Shown here piece after piece: positions 12,741-26,534 of a stretch of 64,000 bases of DNA. The translations under genes were made by a program, and so were the position numbers. Each line of letters opens with the position of its first letter. Position 1 is the stretch's first letter. Below the pieces are notes generated by a model. That model searched no databases. It was not told where the DNA came from and worked only from the letters and a program-made list of their open reading frames with translations. Source of the stretch: Camelus dromedarius (lineage: Eukaryota); the NCBI RefSeq assembly GCF_036321535.1, contig NC_087447.1, positions 49,850,001 through 49,914,000 of the forward strand, read 5' to 3'.

Positions 12741-13463
12741 TTTTTACTCCAATTTTATTTTTTTATTTTTATTTTTATTTTTTTTAACATTTTTTATTGA
12801 TTTATAATCATTTTACAATGTTGTGTCAAATTCCAGTGTTCAGCACAATTTTTCAGTCATTCATGGACATATACACACTCATTGTCACATTTTTTTCTCT
12901 GTGAGTTATCATAACATTTTGTGTATATTTCCCTGTGCTATGCAGTGTAATCTTGTTTATCTATTCTACAATTTTGAAATCCCAGTCTATCCCTTCCCAC
13001 CCTCCACCCCCTTGGTAACCACAAGTCTGTATTCTCTGTCTGTGAGTCTATTTCTGTCCTGTATTTACGCTTTGTTTTTGTTTGTTTGTTTGTTTTTGTT
13101 TTTGTTTTTTAGATTCCACATATGAGCGATCTCATATGGTATTTTTCTTTCTCTTTCTGGCTTACTTCACTTAGAATGACATTCTCCAGGAGCATCCATG
13201 TTGCTGCAAATGGCATTATGTTGTTGGTTTTTATGGCTGAGTAGTATTCCATTGTATAAATATACAACCTCTTCTTTATCCAGTCACCCGTTGATGGACA
13301 TTTAGGCTGTTTCCATGTTTTGGCTATTGTAAATAGTGCTGCTATGAACATTGGGGTGCAGGTGTCATCCTGAAGTAGATTTCCTTCTGGATACAGTGTG
13401 GAGATTCCTCAAAAGACTAGGAATAGACTTACCATATGACCCAGGAATCCCACTCCTGGGCTT
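12741..13463 (-). mobile_element. Young lineage-specific L1, 5'-truncated with 5' inversion (twin priming)
   Basis: Patterned T-tail, 3' UTR and an intact ORF2 C-terminus (MFIAALFTIAKTWKQPKCPS...YHMRSLICGI, ORF 13109..13351). Inverted segment at about 13396-13464. Perfect 14-bp TSD gcaatgtaactttt at 12727-12740 and 13464-13477. Confidence 0.93.
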
Positions 13464-13499
13464 GCAATGTAACTTTTAGAAAATGCTTACACTGGCATT

Positions 13500-13745
13500 A
13501 TAGCAAGTATTTATGTGGTGCTTATTACATGCCTTTGACTTTACAAATATTAGCTCTTTTAATCCCCACAACAGTTTGTGAACAGGTAATATTATCTCCA
13601 TGTTATAGATGAAGAAACCAGAGTTAAACTAAGAGAGTTTAGGTGCTCTGCTCAAGCTTACAGAGCTAGTGTATTAAGAGCTTAAGTTGTAATCCAGGTG
13701 GTCTGGGTCCAGCGTCCTTTTTTCTAACTATTATTTACATTGCCT
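13500..13745 (-). mobile_element. MIR SINE
   Basis: tttaatccccacaacag...attatctccatgttatagatgaagaaacc...ctcaagcttacagagctagt. Confidence 0.7.
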
Positions 13746-14191
13746 TTCTAAAATGACAGATAGCTGTTCTGTTCTTCTTATGGAACTGTGCTGTATTCTC
13801 TCTAGAATCTATCCTTGCTCTCCCCACCTTTATACCACTGAGTGGAAATTTTTGTTTCTGTTATTCCTAATTAAAACTTGGAATGACTTTTCCCTGATAA
13901 AAACATTACATATGATGGCTGTGCATACTTGAAATACTGTTAACACTCTTCTTCAGTCACATAATATGTTAAAAAGACTTTTGGGGCTTTACTGGGAAGT
14001 TCACCAAAATTTATAATATGAAACATTGTTTCTTAAGGGAAAATATTAGAAGAAATTTATTTTAAATTCACTTGCCTAAAAAGTTAAACTTGAATTATGT
14101 AGAAGTGATATTTAACTTTTTCTAATTTCTTAATGATTTGAATTTACTGAGTTATTAAATCATAATTTAAAAAGACAAATACCATGATTAA

Positions 14192-14332
<141 letters not shown>

Positions 14333-17300
14333 TAAGAAACTTCTTAGAGTCCTCTTGTGTTTTCTAAAGAATCTTCCTCATTTTGAGTTTGTGACATTTC
14401 AGTGTGAGAAAATGTATGGGAGCTTTAGAAGCTGTTACTCAGACGTAGCATTTTTTAGTGAGAGCTTCATAAATTTTGTAGGTACAGTGATTTAAGTTTA
14501 TCTTTTTTACAAAGCCTTTGGAAAGCCATTTTTTCCCTCTGGACAGTGGGAAAGAATGATTGGAAGCCATTGGTCTTAAAACAGGGACATGAGCTTTTTC
14601 CCATCTCCTGCACTATAAAGAGCAGCAACTAGAGGTACAAAATTTAGACTTATCAAAATTTTAACAACTACGGCATTACTAGAAAAATCCTCCAATAGCC
14701 CCAGATTTAGCTTAGAGTTTTGATCTGCTGTTCATCTTTAAAAAATCATATTTGGCAAGGCAAAGGAGCTTTGCATGAATCTCATGCTCAGAGGCTCAAC
14801 TGCCTTAGCTCTATATTTTCATAATGTCTGGGATTAATTTTGAAAGATTTTTAACTTTGGTTGTAATTTTCAATGTGGTAGATCATCAAGGACATTTTCC
14901 CAGGAGACAGGCTACCAAAATAAAAGCAATTTAAAATAAAGTTAACAGTGACACTCAACCTATGTTCACCCTACTCAGACAGATGATTCATTGAAATTTG
15001 ATTTTGGCAGTATTTTCCTGATGTTTACATAACACATCATAAATTTCAGACCATTAGACATCCTCTGTGTATCTACTAGAGGAAGAGTCCAGAGGATGAT
15101 TGGACTTTTGTCCAATTGGATGATTGTTTATTTTTAAACATTTTGAAATGGGCTTTTCCTTTGCAAATCTTGAATCTTACTGTACATGATGATAGAGAGT
15201 TTGGTCACGTAGACTATGTAAGTTCTCTTAAGAGACAATGATTTCAACTAAAGTAACCACAAACATTTGATAACTTTTGATCCTTATCTGAGAGGTGCTT
15301 TCACTTTGACTTCTTAGGATATGTAACAGAATGGACAGAATTTAGTAATTGGATGGTGGAGATAGAAAGCAGGAGGGGGTCAAAATATATAACTTACTTT
15401 TGAGCCTATTATTTTGGGGCTACACTGAGTTTTAACTGTTGAAAACAGTGGTGTGTGAAAATAGTTTGAAATGTGAGTAAGCCACTAATATTTCTTGACC
15501 TGTTTTCATCCGTAAAATGAGGGTATAGATACTATTATTTTAAAGATATTTTCCAATTATGAGATCGAATGATCTTATTAGAGAAACCAATAGAATTAAA
15601 AGAAAAAGGAATAAAAAGTCAGTGAGGAGGAGGAGGACTTGGGAAAGGTAACATCATAGAATCTAAGGGAATCTAAGAGATTTAAGGAGTATTGAAGGCT
15701 CTGTACTAGGATCTTGGGAATCAACTTGGTATATTAGAGAATGCATTGATTAACGTGACTCTGGCTTGAGTTATCCTTGCTTTATCCTAGTTCACGTGAC
15801 CTCTCTGATTGATCTAAAATGCTGAAGCAGTGATGTTACAAATTTGTTTATAAGCATTTTCACGTCTATTATCTTACTTTCCTAGAAGTTTTTTGTGTTC
15901 ACACATCAGGGGATCAGCCTTTGTCTTCAACACAGAAACTGAAGCCAAGAGGTGTTAAATGATTTATTTGTCTGAGGGGACACACACCAAGTGAGAGCCA
16001 GACTGGAGACTGGTATGAAGGTTTTCTGACAAGCAAATTTTACAGAACCCTTTTCACAGTCTCACTTACCTTCCTAGACTGGTGGTTATAAGGTGCACAC
16101 AGTATAATGATGGACAAATTTTCTGAAAATCACAGAGCCCTCTATCCATGCAGAATGATCAGGTTTGTCTGATAGTTGCTTAGTTATTTAACCCGGATCG
16201 TGCAATGAAATGGCTCTTGGGGGTTTCACTTCTGGAGTGCCTTCTAGATTCTTCAGGTGTGTCAGCAGTTTGAATTGCCTTATTAACGGAGGCCTTCTCA
16301 TCACCGTTGTGTGAATCATTTATAGCTGGTAACACCAATATGCTTTTTCTGAGCCAGATCAAGTGTCTTTATCAACTAAATAACCTGAACCCAGAGAGTT
16401 ACTCTGGATCTAGAAACTTTAAATTGTAGTTGTCAAAGTTAATGAGTAAAATGGAATTTTCTCTGATAGTTCTCTCAGACAGTACAGAGTAAGCATCATC
16501 TATCCGCTCAGTCAAAAATTCTTCTTTTCCCACAGTTTTTGCCATGGTATATGTAAAGTGATTGCTGGGAAAATTAATTTTGTGCTGATCAGTTTTTTTA
16601 ATAGTTTCTCCTCTTTAACTCAGGCCATGTTGTTCCTGGATGGAGTAATTTTTTAAAATACACCTTTTCTTTTCCTGATGATTTCTTGGTTTATTAAATT
16701 GTTATTTCTCGATCTGTAATTTTACATGAAAATGCAAGAGTCTGGATTCTTTAATATCATTTACTCCACAAAATTCTCAGTGCTGTTTTGAGTCAGGATG
16801 GTGCATCTCCTGATTCTGCTTTTTTGAGAGTATTAATTCTAGATAATAACTCTCACTGTGTTGACGTGTCATAGTATGTGCTTTTATACCTTCCACCTTT
16901 CATGTGTGAATGTCAGAGAAAAATAGGAAATCTTGACTGAGTCAAGGATTTTGGAGCACCTAACAACCTGGCATTAAATAGCTCCTTCAGATGGGTGTGT
17001 TGTCGGAAAACAAAAACCTGAGGTTTTATTCTTTTGCCAATAGTTAGGAATTTAGATTAATTTCAGCGTTGCCAAGTAAGAGCAGCTCTTTCCAAATTTA
17101 CATTCAATGTGTGTGATGATAACTGAATTTTTGCTTCTTAACCCTAGGGAATTCTAGGATTAAGGGTTAGTTTTCAGGTAAGCAGGCATATTTAATTAAA
17201 CACTTCACTCATTGTCACATTTGATACTTTACGATGTTCACCACAAGGTGTCAATGTTGCTCTTCAACTGGCATTTGAAATTTCATTTATTTTACAGTTT

Positions 17301-17782
17301 TGAAGTGTGAAAAGTAGGGTTACAAATTACAAGTGAGCCTTTAATTTAGAAGTTAATTTTTTCCCTCTTTATTATTATTCCTTCCAGGTTAAGGAGTTTC
17401 TAGACTTAATCAGATAGCTTTCTCCTTTTGGGTCTGTTGATTTTTAAAAATTTTAATTGTGTCGGTGATAGGGAGTTATGGAAAGATTATAAAGAGAGGA
17501 GGAGTGACATGGTCAGGTGTGCCATTTAGAATGCCAGCCATGGTGACAGTGTGGAAGGGACCTGAGGGACGAGACTGCAATCCTACTTGTCCTCTGAAAT
17601 GGAAAGATTATTTTTAATGTTTAAAATTTTTTTTGTTTTGTTTTCCTTTCATAATTTCTCAAAAACGTAGCTCTACTGTAGTGAGATAAGTGAAAATAAT
17701 TCTGATTTTCTTCCAGTATAGTTTTTATGGTTTTATTTCTTCTCCTCTTTTGACATGTTCTACTTTTGCTAGTTTAATAAGT

Positions 17783-18030
17783 GGAGGTGTGGTGGAGAAA
17801 TCATGGGCTTTGGTCCTCCATCTAGGTTCCAGTCCTAAATTGTCATATGCCTGAAACTGGATGCAAAACTTTGGGCAAATTACTTAACTTAGGTATGCCT
17901 CAAACTGCTCTTGTAAAATGGGGATAATATTTGTCTCATAGAAATATTATGAGGATTAAATAAGGTAAAAATACTTGGAAGATGGCAGGACAGTTACTGG
18001 CATAAAGAAAACATTCAATAAATAATAATT
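17783..18030 (+). mobile_element. MIR SINE
   Basis: ggtgtggtggagaaatcatgggctttgg...ttgggcaaattacttaac...tgtaaaatgggataata...tgaggattaaataag. Confidence 0.75.
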
Positions 18031-18774
18031 TTCATTTTCCCCTTTACTTCTTCCATCTTGGAATTAGCTTTCTCCTCTATGCCAGTGCCCCTTTTATATA
18101 TTACCACTAGGTTTTCCACTTTTTAGCCTCATTTCCCTTTCTCTCCTTGCCATTCTAATGTCTGCCACCTCTGTTTTTAGAGTTACTTTTATTAATCCTA
18201 AACAATTATGAGAAAATTCGTTTAATATGTGCATGTCTTGTCTCCCTAGTGACACTGAAAACTTCTTGACGGAAGGGATTATGTCACATGGCTCCATTTT
18301 GTCCTCTGTCTTATTGACAGTTCTCAGTTATGTTGGACTTCCTGTGGATCCTGCTGTGACCCTCGAGCCCTGGGTCCTAAGGATCCTGCAGTACTCTTTC
18401 TCCCTGAGAACTCTCTTTCATTACCGCAGCTTCAACCACCACATCCACATTTTAATAACTCTCGAATCCATGTCTCTTGTTGTTACTTTTCTTTTGAATT
18501 TCTTATCTGTGTTTTCCAATGACCAGTAGACATGTATACTTCCACGTTCTGTAGGAACCTCAACCCTAATATGTCCGGAGCTACGCACAGTGGCTTAATC
18601 TTCCTCTTCCTTTTCTTTCCCCTGGTTTGTCTGGTAGTATTGTCATCATCTCAGGCACCCAAGCAAGCATACCCTTCTTTGGTCTCATCTCTGTTTTCCT
18701 AGACTATTTCCTGATTTCCTAACTATTCTTCCTACTTCCTCCTTCCAGTTTTTCTTTCATGCAATTAATAGATA

Positions 18775-19190
18775 TTATTTATTGAGCACTTAATTTGTGC
18801 CAGGAACTACTGTAAGTGCTTTACATTATTTAACTCTTTTTTTTTTCAAATTGAAGTATAGTTGATTTACAACGTTGTGCTAATTTCTGGTGCATAATGA
18901 TTCAGTTATATATATTCCTTTTTGTATTCTTTTTCATTATAGGCTATTACATAGGCAATAGGTATTGCATATAGTTCCCTGTGCTATACAGTAGGACCTT
19001 GTTGTTCATTAATTAACTCTTTTAATTCTTAACAACAATCCTAAGAGGTAAGAGCTATTTAGTCCTATTTACAGATGAGGAAATTGAGACCAAGTAGTTA
19101 AGTAGCTTATACAAGGTCACACAACTAGTTCATGTTAGCCTGTATTTAAAACCAGTTTAGCTCCAGAGCCCATGTTCTTAATTGGCGTGT
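18775..19190 (-). mobile_element. MIR SINE split by an L1 insertion
   Basis: atttattgagcactt...gtgccagg...aagtgctttacatt, resuming after 19023 with aacaacaatcctaagaggta...tttacagatgaggaaattgagac. Confidence 0.75.
18841..19006 (-). mobile_element. Short artiodactyl-type L1 3' end nested in the MIR
   Basis: T-tail plus aattgaagtatagttgatttacaa...atatagttccctgtgctatacagtaggaccttgttgt. 17-bp TSD with 1 mismatch: cattatttaactctttt (18824-18840) / cattaattaactctttt (19007-19023). Confidence 0.85.
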
Positions 19191-21154
19191 TTTACTGCTT
19201 TATTGTCTTTTACACTACTTTAGCACAGGTCATCTGCCACATTGCTGCCAGAGTGACCTTTTAAAAGATACATCAGCCTTGTCACTTAGAAATTTTTGCA
19301 CCATCACATAACAGGATAAAGTCCATACTTTTTCATTTAGTACTCAAGGGACATTGTTGTAAACATTCCATAGGGACTAGTGTTCTTATTTCAGGTCCTT
19401 CTACCACTGCCTTTGCAATTAGTAGCTGGCATTTACTGAGTACTTACTATGTTGTGATTAGTTCTTCGTTGTCTGAGTCACTCTCCTCTCAGCACCCCAA
19501 GCTGAGAGCTTCTTTAGGCAAGAATCCTCATTTTATTGATCTGTGTATTAGCCCTATGATGCTGAATATCACTTATATTAAGCAGGTAATAAATGCTGTT
19601 TGATTGATCAAATCAAACTCTTCTATGAGTCAGAGTACTGGGTTTTGTTGTTCCTGTTTCTGGTTTGCATCCAGTAAAATGAGAGTTGTAAAAAATTTGT
19701 AGACCATTATTGAAAAAGTGTTGAAAATACAATCAGATCTGTGAACCTTCAGCTACCTTTTTTTCCTGTCACTTCCTTCCCCATAACGTCTGGTGATATT
19801 TTAGGATCTTGTGACTTTTAATCTTGCTCCTTGTATTGATTTTTCTGGAAGATCTTTATCTGGCTGTCTACAGGCAGATTGTTGCTCACGCCCCCCCCCC
19901 CTTGATAGAAAATAGTCTCCTATAAAATTTCAATTATAAAAGGGAAATGCTCACATCAAATAAATTATTCTTGCGATAATGTTTAGAAAAGAGATAAGAT
20001 GACATGTATAAGGGCATAACTGTTTATAATCTTTAAATTTTGAATGTAGTAACCAACTTTTGGGTTACAGGGAGAGTTTTTTTCCCTCTCCCTAAGTGGT
20101 AATACAAGTATACAGACTATAGCTAAGAACCCAACTGTAAAGTGAAGATGTAACAAAATTTATGTATTAAAACTCATGTATTTTTCTATTCTTGGTAGAG
20201 ACTAGGCTCCAGCCCAGTGACTGTGTGCTCATTTTTGATAAAATAGGTGAAGTAAGAGGATTACTGGTAAAGTAGATATAAGGACAGCAAGGAGAAGCAA
20301 AATCTTATACTTTGCTCTGTTTGTGGTTTCCGTTTTGATTCTGGAATGTAACTGAGTGGTAAGTCATGTTAACTACTGTCCTGTCTTGATACTCACTATG
20401 TTTGGATTCATAAATAGCCCTCTGTCACTACTTCATGTCAAAAGGGTAGGGAAACATAGAACAACTGTAAGGAGAGACAAACTAAGTTTAATAGCATAGC
20501 TAGCTTACCTCTTCTGTGTGTGAGCAGTCAGTCCTTTACCAAGTACATCTCCATATTGTAGCTCATTAACGGAAGTTAATAATGAGAATATGAAGTGCAC
20601 TGTATTAGTTTCACTAATGCTCTCTCCATTTAACAGATGAGGACACCGAGGCTTAGAAAGGTGAAAAGACTTGTCTAGTGCCACAGGATAAATAAGTATT
20701 AAAGCAGGTTTGGATAAAGGTCTGCCAGGCTCCGGTGCATGTGCTTTTTTCCATTATTCAATGTTGACGCCAAATCATCAGTAGAATATAAAGCTGTTAT
20801 TGTTAGAGCCTATGTAAGAAAGCAGGAACGTGTGACAAATTTTAGGAAGGTTTTCAATCAGAATTTAAAATGAAAAAGTTTAGGTACTGAATGTAAGTTT
20901 TGGTTATACGAAGTTGGTGTTTATCTGTAATACCTGTAATAGCATATTTTACTTTTATTCATCTCTCTGTACACAGACACAGACGTATATATGTCTACAT
21001 ACACATAAAGATCCACGTATACTTACAGAAATAGAATTTTAACAAAATACTGGCGCAGTTTTAGGTGCAGTTGTTTTTGTTTTTCCCTTTCTTTTTACTT
21101 TTCAGCTTGTCTTTTTGGCTGTAAACCCTTCTCTCTCACCGCACAAAACCCACC

Positions 21155-21528
21155 AGCTGTAAACTGAATGTTTGTGGTCATCCTGCATTCCCCCGCCCCT
21201 GCTCAGATTCATACACTGAAGTCATACCCCAGTGTGATGGTATTTAGAGGTGGGGCCTTTGGGAGATGATTAGGTCATGAGGGCAGCGTTCTCATGAATG
21301 GGATTAGTGTCCTTATAAAAAAGGCCCCAGGGAGATCCCTGTCCCTTTCTCCATGTGAGGTAATAGTGAAAAGACTGTGAACCAGGAAGTGGGCTCTCAC
21401 CAGATGGCAACCATGCTGGTGCCTTGATCTTAGACTGCTCAGCCTCCAGAGCTGTGAGAAATAAATTTCTGTTCATAAGCCACCCAGTCTATGGTGTTTT
21501 GGTATGGCAACCTGAACTGACTAATATA
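21155..21528 (+). mobile_element. MLT1A-like solo MaLR LTR
   Basis: gtgtgatggtatttagaggtggggcctttgggagatgattaggtcatgaggg...gaaataaatttctgttcataagccacccagtctatggt...ctgactaatata. TSD-like ccacc/ccatc. Confidence 0.85.
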
Positions 21529-21539
21529 CCATCCAGACA

Positions 21540-24230
21540 CAGAACACGTGTTCACATAACCCCAGTCATCCATTCACCCAAGTTAACTGTTGTGTGATTG
21601 TCCACATTTTTTCCTATGATTGCTGTGTATACATATATATGTGTATATATTAAGAGTTTTAATTGCTGTTTTACAAATTGGGGTGGATATTATATACATG
21701 ACTCTACATCTTGTTTTTCTTATTTAACATTCCATGTACAAATCTCTTCAGTTCACTGTTTTAATGATTTCATAATAGTCCATGGTGAAGCTGTACTTTA
21801 TTTTTCAATCATTACTCAGTTGATAGGGATTTAATATTTACTCCAGCTCTAGTTTTTTATTTGTTTTGCTACTTTGTATGTTACTGCAGTAAATATTTAT
21901 ATATGTATATATACTTACATTTATGATGTTTTTGTGTCTGTGTATTAAATTTCCAGGAGTGGGATTTCTGGGTCAGAGGGTGTATATAGTTTTTTTTTAA
22001 ATTTTTTAATTGAAGTACCATCAGTTTGTAGTTTTAATTATAAGAGATAATATTGTTTTTCCAAGGAGTACAAACAATATGTGACACTCTTTACCCTGAT
22101 CCCTGTTGGCAGTGGGTATTGTCATCTTTTTTGTGATTTTTATTAATTTGATAAGTATAGCACCTCAGTATTACTTTAATTTTTATTAGCTTTAGTACCA
22201 GCGCTTAGCCTGAGCTACAAGTGAACATATTTTCTTGAGTTTGTAAGCCATTCAGTATACTCTTCTGTTAATTTCGCTATTCATATACTTTACCTATCTT
22301 TTTAATTGAGTTGCTTGCATTTTTTTCATAAAATTTTAAGAGTCCTTGGTGTTTTTTCCAAATCTGACAATTACTTTTTGTATACCTTATATAAAAAGTT
22401 TATATTTGTCACATCGTATAATTCTGTTTTTTCCTAGTATCTTCTGGGCATTTTGTCTTGGTTTAAGAAGTCTCTTCTATACCTTATTCCATATGTATTT
22501 TCTAAGTTTTCTTTTGAGATTTGTATTATTTTACTTTTTAAGTTAAATCTTCAGTATAATTAGGAATTATTCTTGAATACGTTGTGTAGATATTCTGTGT
22601 ATTATGAGGTAGAAATTAATTTTCTTCACAGATTAGTATCCAGTTGTGCCAGTACCTTTCTTTCTCACTGAATTTAAATACTATCTTTGTCATGTATTAA
22701 AGCTCATATGTACTGGGGTCCATTTCTGGATTCTCTTTTCTGTTCTGATCCTTTTGTCTATTCCTTTGCCAATTTCAGGTTAATTTAATGACAGTAGTTT
22801 TTTGTATGTTCTGATACTAAGTGAGGCAAGTTCCCCTCTTGCTACTCTTCTTTTTCATACTATTTTGGCTATTCTTAGGACTTTATTCTTCCATATGAAC
22901 TTTAAGGTTATTTTATCCTAATTTTTTTAAAAAAAACTTTATTGGAATTCTAATGGGAATTTTTGTATTCATTGACTTTTTATATTTGGGGAGAGCTGTC
23001 ATTTTTATGATATTAGTATTCCCATCCAAGACATGGTATGTGTTATATTTGTTCAAATTTTATTTCATTCCTTCAGTAAAATTTTATGGTTCTCCTCATA
23101 TGGTCATGTGCCTTTCCATTAAATTTGTTCTTAAGTATGCTATAGTTTTTACACTATTTTTTATAAAATATATTTTCCATTTCCATTCATGTGTGCTTGT
23201 TACTGTTATAGGGGAAAAGCTGTCATCTTAAGAAAGTATTATATTCAGTGACTATATCAAATTATTTTTCTTGTTACTGTTGCTGTTTTTAAGGAAAACT
23301 CTCTTTGGCTTACACTCATTATCATCAATAAAAAGATAGGTTTATCTGTTTTTTTTTTTTTTTTCCAGTGGTTATACTGATTTTCTAGTCTTACTGCATT
23401 TACTAAATCTATGTTGAAAAGTAATGGGTATAATGAACATTTTTGTATAGTTCTTGTTTTAATTGAAAATGTTCAGTATTTTACTGTTCAGAATATTTTC
23501 TGTTAATTTGGAAAATATTTAAAATAGTTCTTCCTATTTATTTAGCATTTTTAAAAGAATAGATGCTGAATTTTTGAAATGCCTTTCCACATTTATTGAC
23601 ATTATATATCTTTCTTCCTTTAATCTATAGTTACAATAAGGTATGTAGATTTCCTGATATTGCATTATAATTAATTATAGGTTATTCTTTTGATCATTTT
23701 AATAAGTGAGATTGGTGTATAGTATTTGTTGTTTTTGTTGGGAGGGAAAGGTGACATAGGTAATCAGCTTTCCTAAGATCTTAAAATTGAATTGTGAAGC
23801 TTTTCATCTTTTCCTGTGACCCAACTCTGTAAAATAATAATAGCATCTACCTGATTGGGTTGTTAGGAGGATTAAATGAATTATTATGAAGTGCTTAGTA
23901 CAGTGCCTGAAAATAGTGCTTCATGTGTTAGCTATTAGCATCATCATCAACTGAAACACATTAAGTAATCTGGAGAATTTTTAATTCTTCAAAGGTTTGT
24001 TAGAATTTAGCTATTAAGTCATCTAGTTTGGGTGCTTTTTATAATGATAAATCTGACTCTCATACTTTTAGTGCTATTTGTTCTGTCCATTTTCCCTACG
24101 TCTCTGTGGTTTATTCTTGACAATTTATTTTTTGCCAGGAAAACCATCTATTTCCTTTAGATTTTAAAATTTGTTGCTGAAACAGTGCATATAGTTTTAT
24201 TTTATAATTCTCTTAATCATTTCAATAATT
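21540..24230 (-). mobile_element. Old antisense L1ME-like fragments, interrupted by a MIR at about 23826-23945
   Basis: Degenerate antisense L1 motifs (ggagtgggatttctgggtcagaggg; ttttggctattctt...ttcttccatatgaactttaag). Confidence 0.65.
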
Positions 24231-26534
24231 TACAACATATTTTCTAACTAAGCCCGGAAACCACTCTATAATTTCAGTTAGAAATACTATTATGTATGAA
24301 CTCTTCTTGGGCAGGATGCTTTCTAATGTTGAAGTTGTAATCCTTTTTTTGGTGTGAGCTAAAATAAAATATTTGGTATACTTTTTGCCTTTACATCTCA
24401 GAATGAGAATGTAGATTGTAAACTATGTAATAGGGAATTTAGAGCTCTCATGTATAATTTTGTATCCAGCATATACAGCACCTGCCTGACTCAGAGTAGA
24501 TACTCAGTAAATATTTGTTAACTGAATGAATAATGAATTAATAAATGAGTGGTTGGAATACAATCCAGTTAGATAATAACTGAATAATAGGTAGATTTTT
24601 GGAGGAATTTTTAAAATGGTAATTTTCTAATTCCTTTTCTAAGATAATTAATACTAACTTCAGATATGTTCTCCCACAATTATGGTATATATTTAATATA
24701 AAATGTCTGAGTACTTCATTTTAGATAAAGCTCTTGCTAATGAAAATCATACAAAGGTTTTTGTATGGTAAATTAACTCTAGTTTATTGAATGAGTTAAC
24801 CAGTATTCATGACTTACAGATAGAAGTCATGGTCTTTAACTAGGACCTTTTGTAGGCTCTTCATGCTGCTAAGTCCATTTTCTCTAGTGTACTGACTGTT
24901 CAACAGGGATAGGAACATAATGGGCGAAATAAATGAATCCTCCCTGAAACAATGTTCAGAACTCCTGGCTTGGAGCAATAGTTAGTTTTCAAATGTTGGA
25001 ACAGTGAAAGAGGTGTATAAGATCAGTGTAAAGAGGTAACGAGAACCCTTTGAGGGCCATTTAGTATATGAGTGGTCTTCTGCCCAAGAGATGTTCTCTG
25101 TTCCTGCCCCTGTCCATCAGTTCTGGCTTGAATTCACAGGGTTACTTTACTAAGACTGCTTTGTTTAAGATGTCACTGCAAATTAGAGCTTTACCATCAC
25201 ACACCTCATAGCTGCCTTGTAACTTCTCCATTCCCACTGGTGCCAGGCATGTTCCAAGGCAGCTTTCCAAGGTTTAGTGATTTCACCCTGATGTCTCTGC
25301 CAATAAAAATAACCAGTTACCATTAAACACCTACCCCACCCATAACTTCATTTTCACATGCTGTTTTATTGAGAGAACTTATCAGAGATTTTAGGAGAAT
25401 TAAAACATTATGCTCAAAAGGATATCACCTGGCCCTTATTCTAAATTTGGGATGTTTTCCCTTTGAAGAGAATCTAAGAATCAGCATGTTTATTTGTGGA
25501 GCTGCGTGGACTTTGTAATAACCTCATTCTTACAGTTGATTCTTTATGACTGGAAGTACTCTATTAACATGAGAAGCCAGATTCTTACTTTGGGGACTTA
25601 TATTTTAGTAGGACAGATTAACAGATACAGCAAGCAGGGAGTCTTACATTCATTGAGAAGCTAATAATAATTTCTAAGAGTTTTGTTGATACTGTAGGAA
25701 TAAATCAGAATTCCTTCCTTTGCTATGCCTGCACAGGTGGTAGAGAAAGAAAATAATATTTGGATGTCTAAAATATGAAGGACACATAAATGCTGAAAAC
25801 TTAGCATACATATTTTTTATAATATTCACAATACCATGCTACTGTTATAATTCTATTTTGCTGCTAAGCCAGGTACAGCTTGGAAAAGCTGAGTTAGTTT
25901 ATTATTCAGAGTCCAGATCTATCTGATGACAAAGGCCTTTCCAGTGTATTTCTCCATCTCATGTGGAAGAATTCCCTTTCTCTCCTTGAGGCTGTGTAAC
26001 AGCTCCTGTACCCTTTCCCATAACATTTCTTTGGTGGTGCACCTGAGTGTAAAATGGGCCAGGCATGTCTCAGAGTCTTGTGGCACAAGCACAGTGGAGA
26101 CTTTCATAACAGGCTCTCTTAGAGTCTCCTAGTGTTGTGCTTCTGTGCCTCTGCACGCTGGAAGTGCTAACTAGAGCCCAGAGATTTGCTGTTGAGTCTC
26201 TATAACTATGCCCATATGGTTTCTCTTACTTCTTTTCCTTCAACATGGGGTGAGGTGAGTAGACACAATGATTTTCCCTTTGCTGACATGTCTATTTTCA
26301 AGCTCCCATCCATTAAATTCTGACTTTGTATGAAGCACGCTAATGCCATAGACTTTTAAAGGTAAAATGACTTTTTTGTAGTAGCATTGATTTGTTTTTT
26401 TTTTAAGTCTCAGAGATTCTTTGACTCTAGTGACAGAGTCAGATATAAACTTTGGAGTAGAATTGCCTTTAAGCAGTTCATGGGGAGAACATCTGGAGAT
26501 TAAATTTATGAAAAATTCAGTCTAAGCCAAGAAA

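Noticed and set aside
13109..13351. L1 ORF2-like ORFs (also 8342, 9117, 11008, 31809, 32470, 40264, 40597, 57376)
   Set aside because: These are fragments of truncated, inactive L1 copies and not host genes.
26133..26260. Cryptic exon ending at GAG|GTGAGT (26255)
   Set aside because: The donor is good, but the upstream acceptors are weak. Isolated donors are common in long introns.
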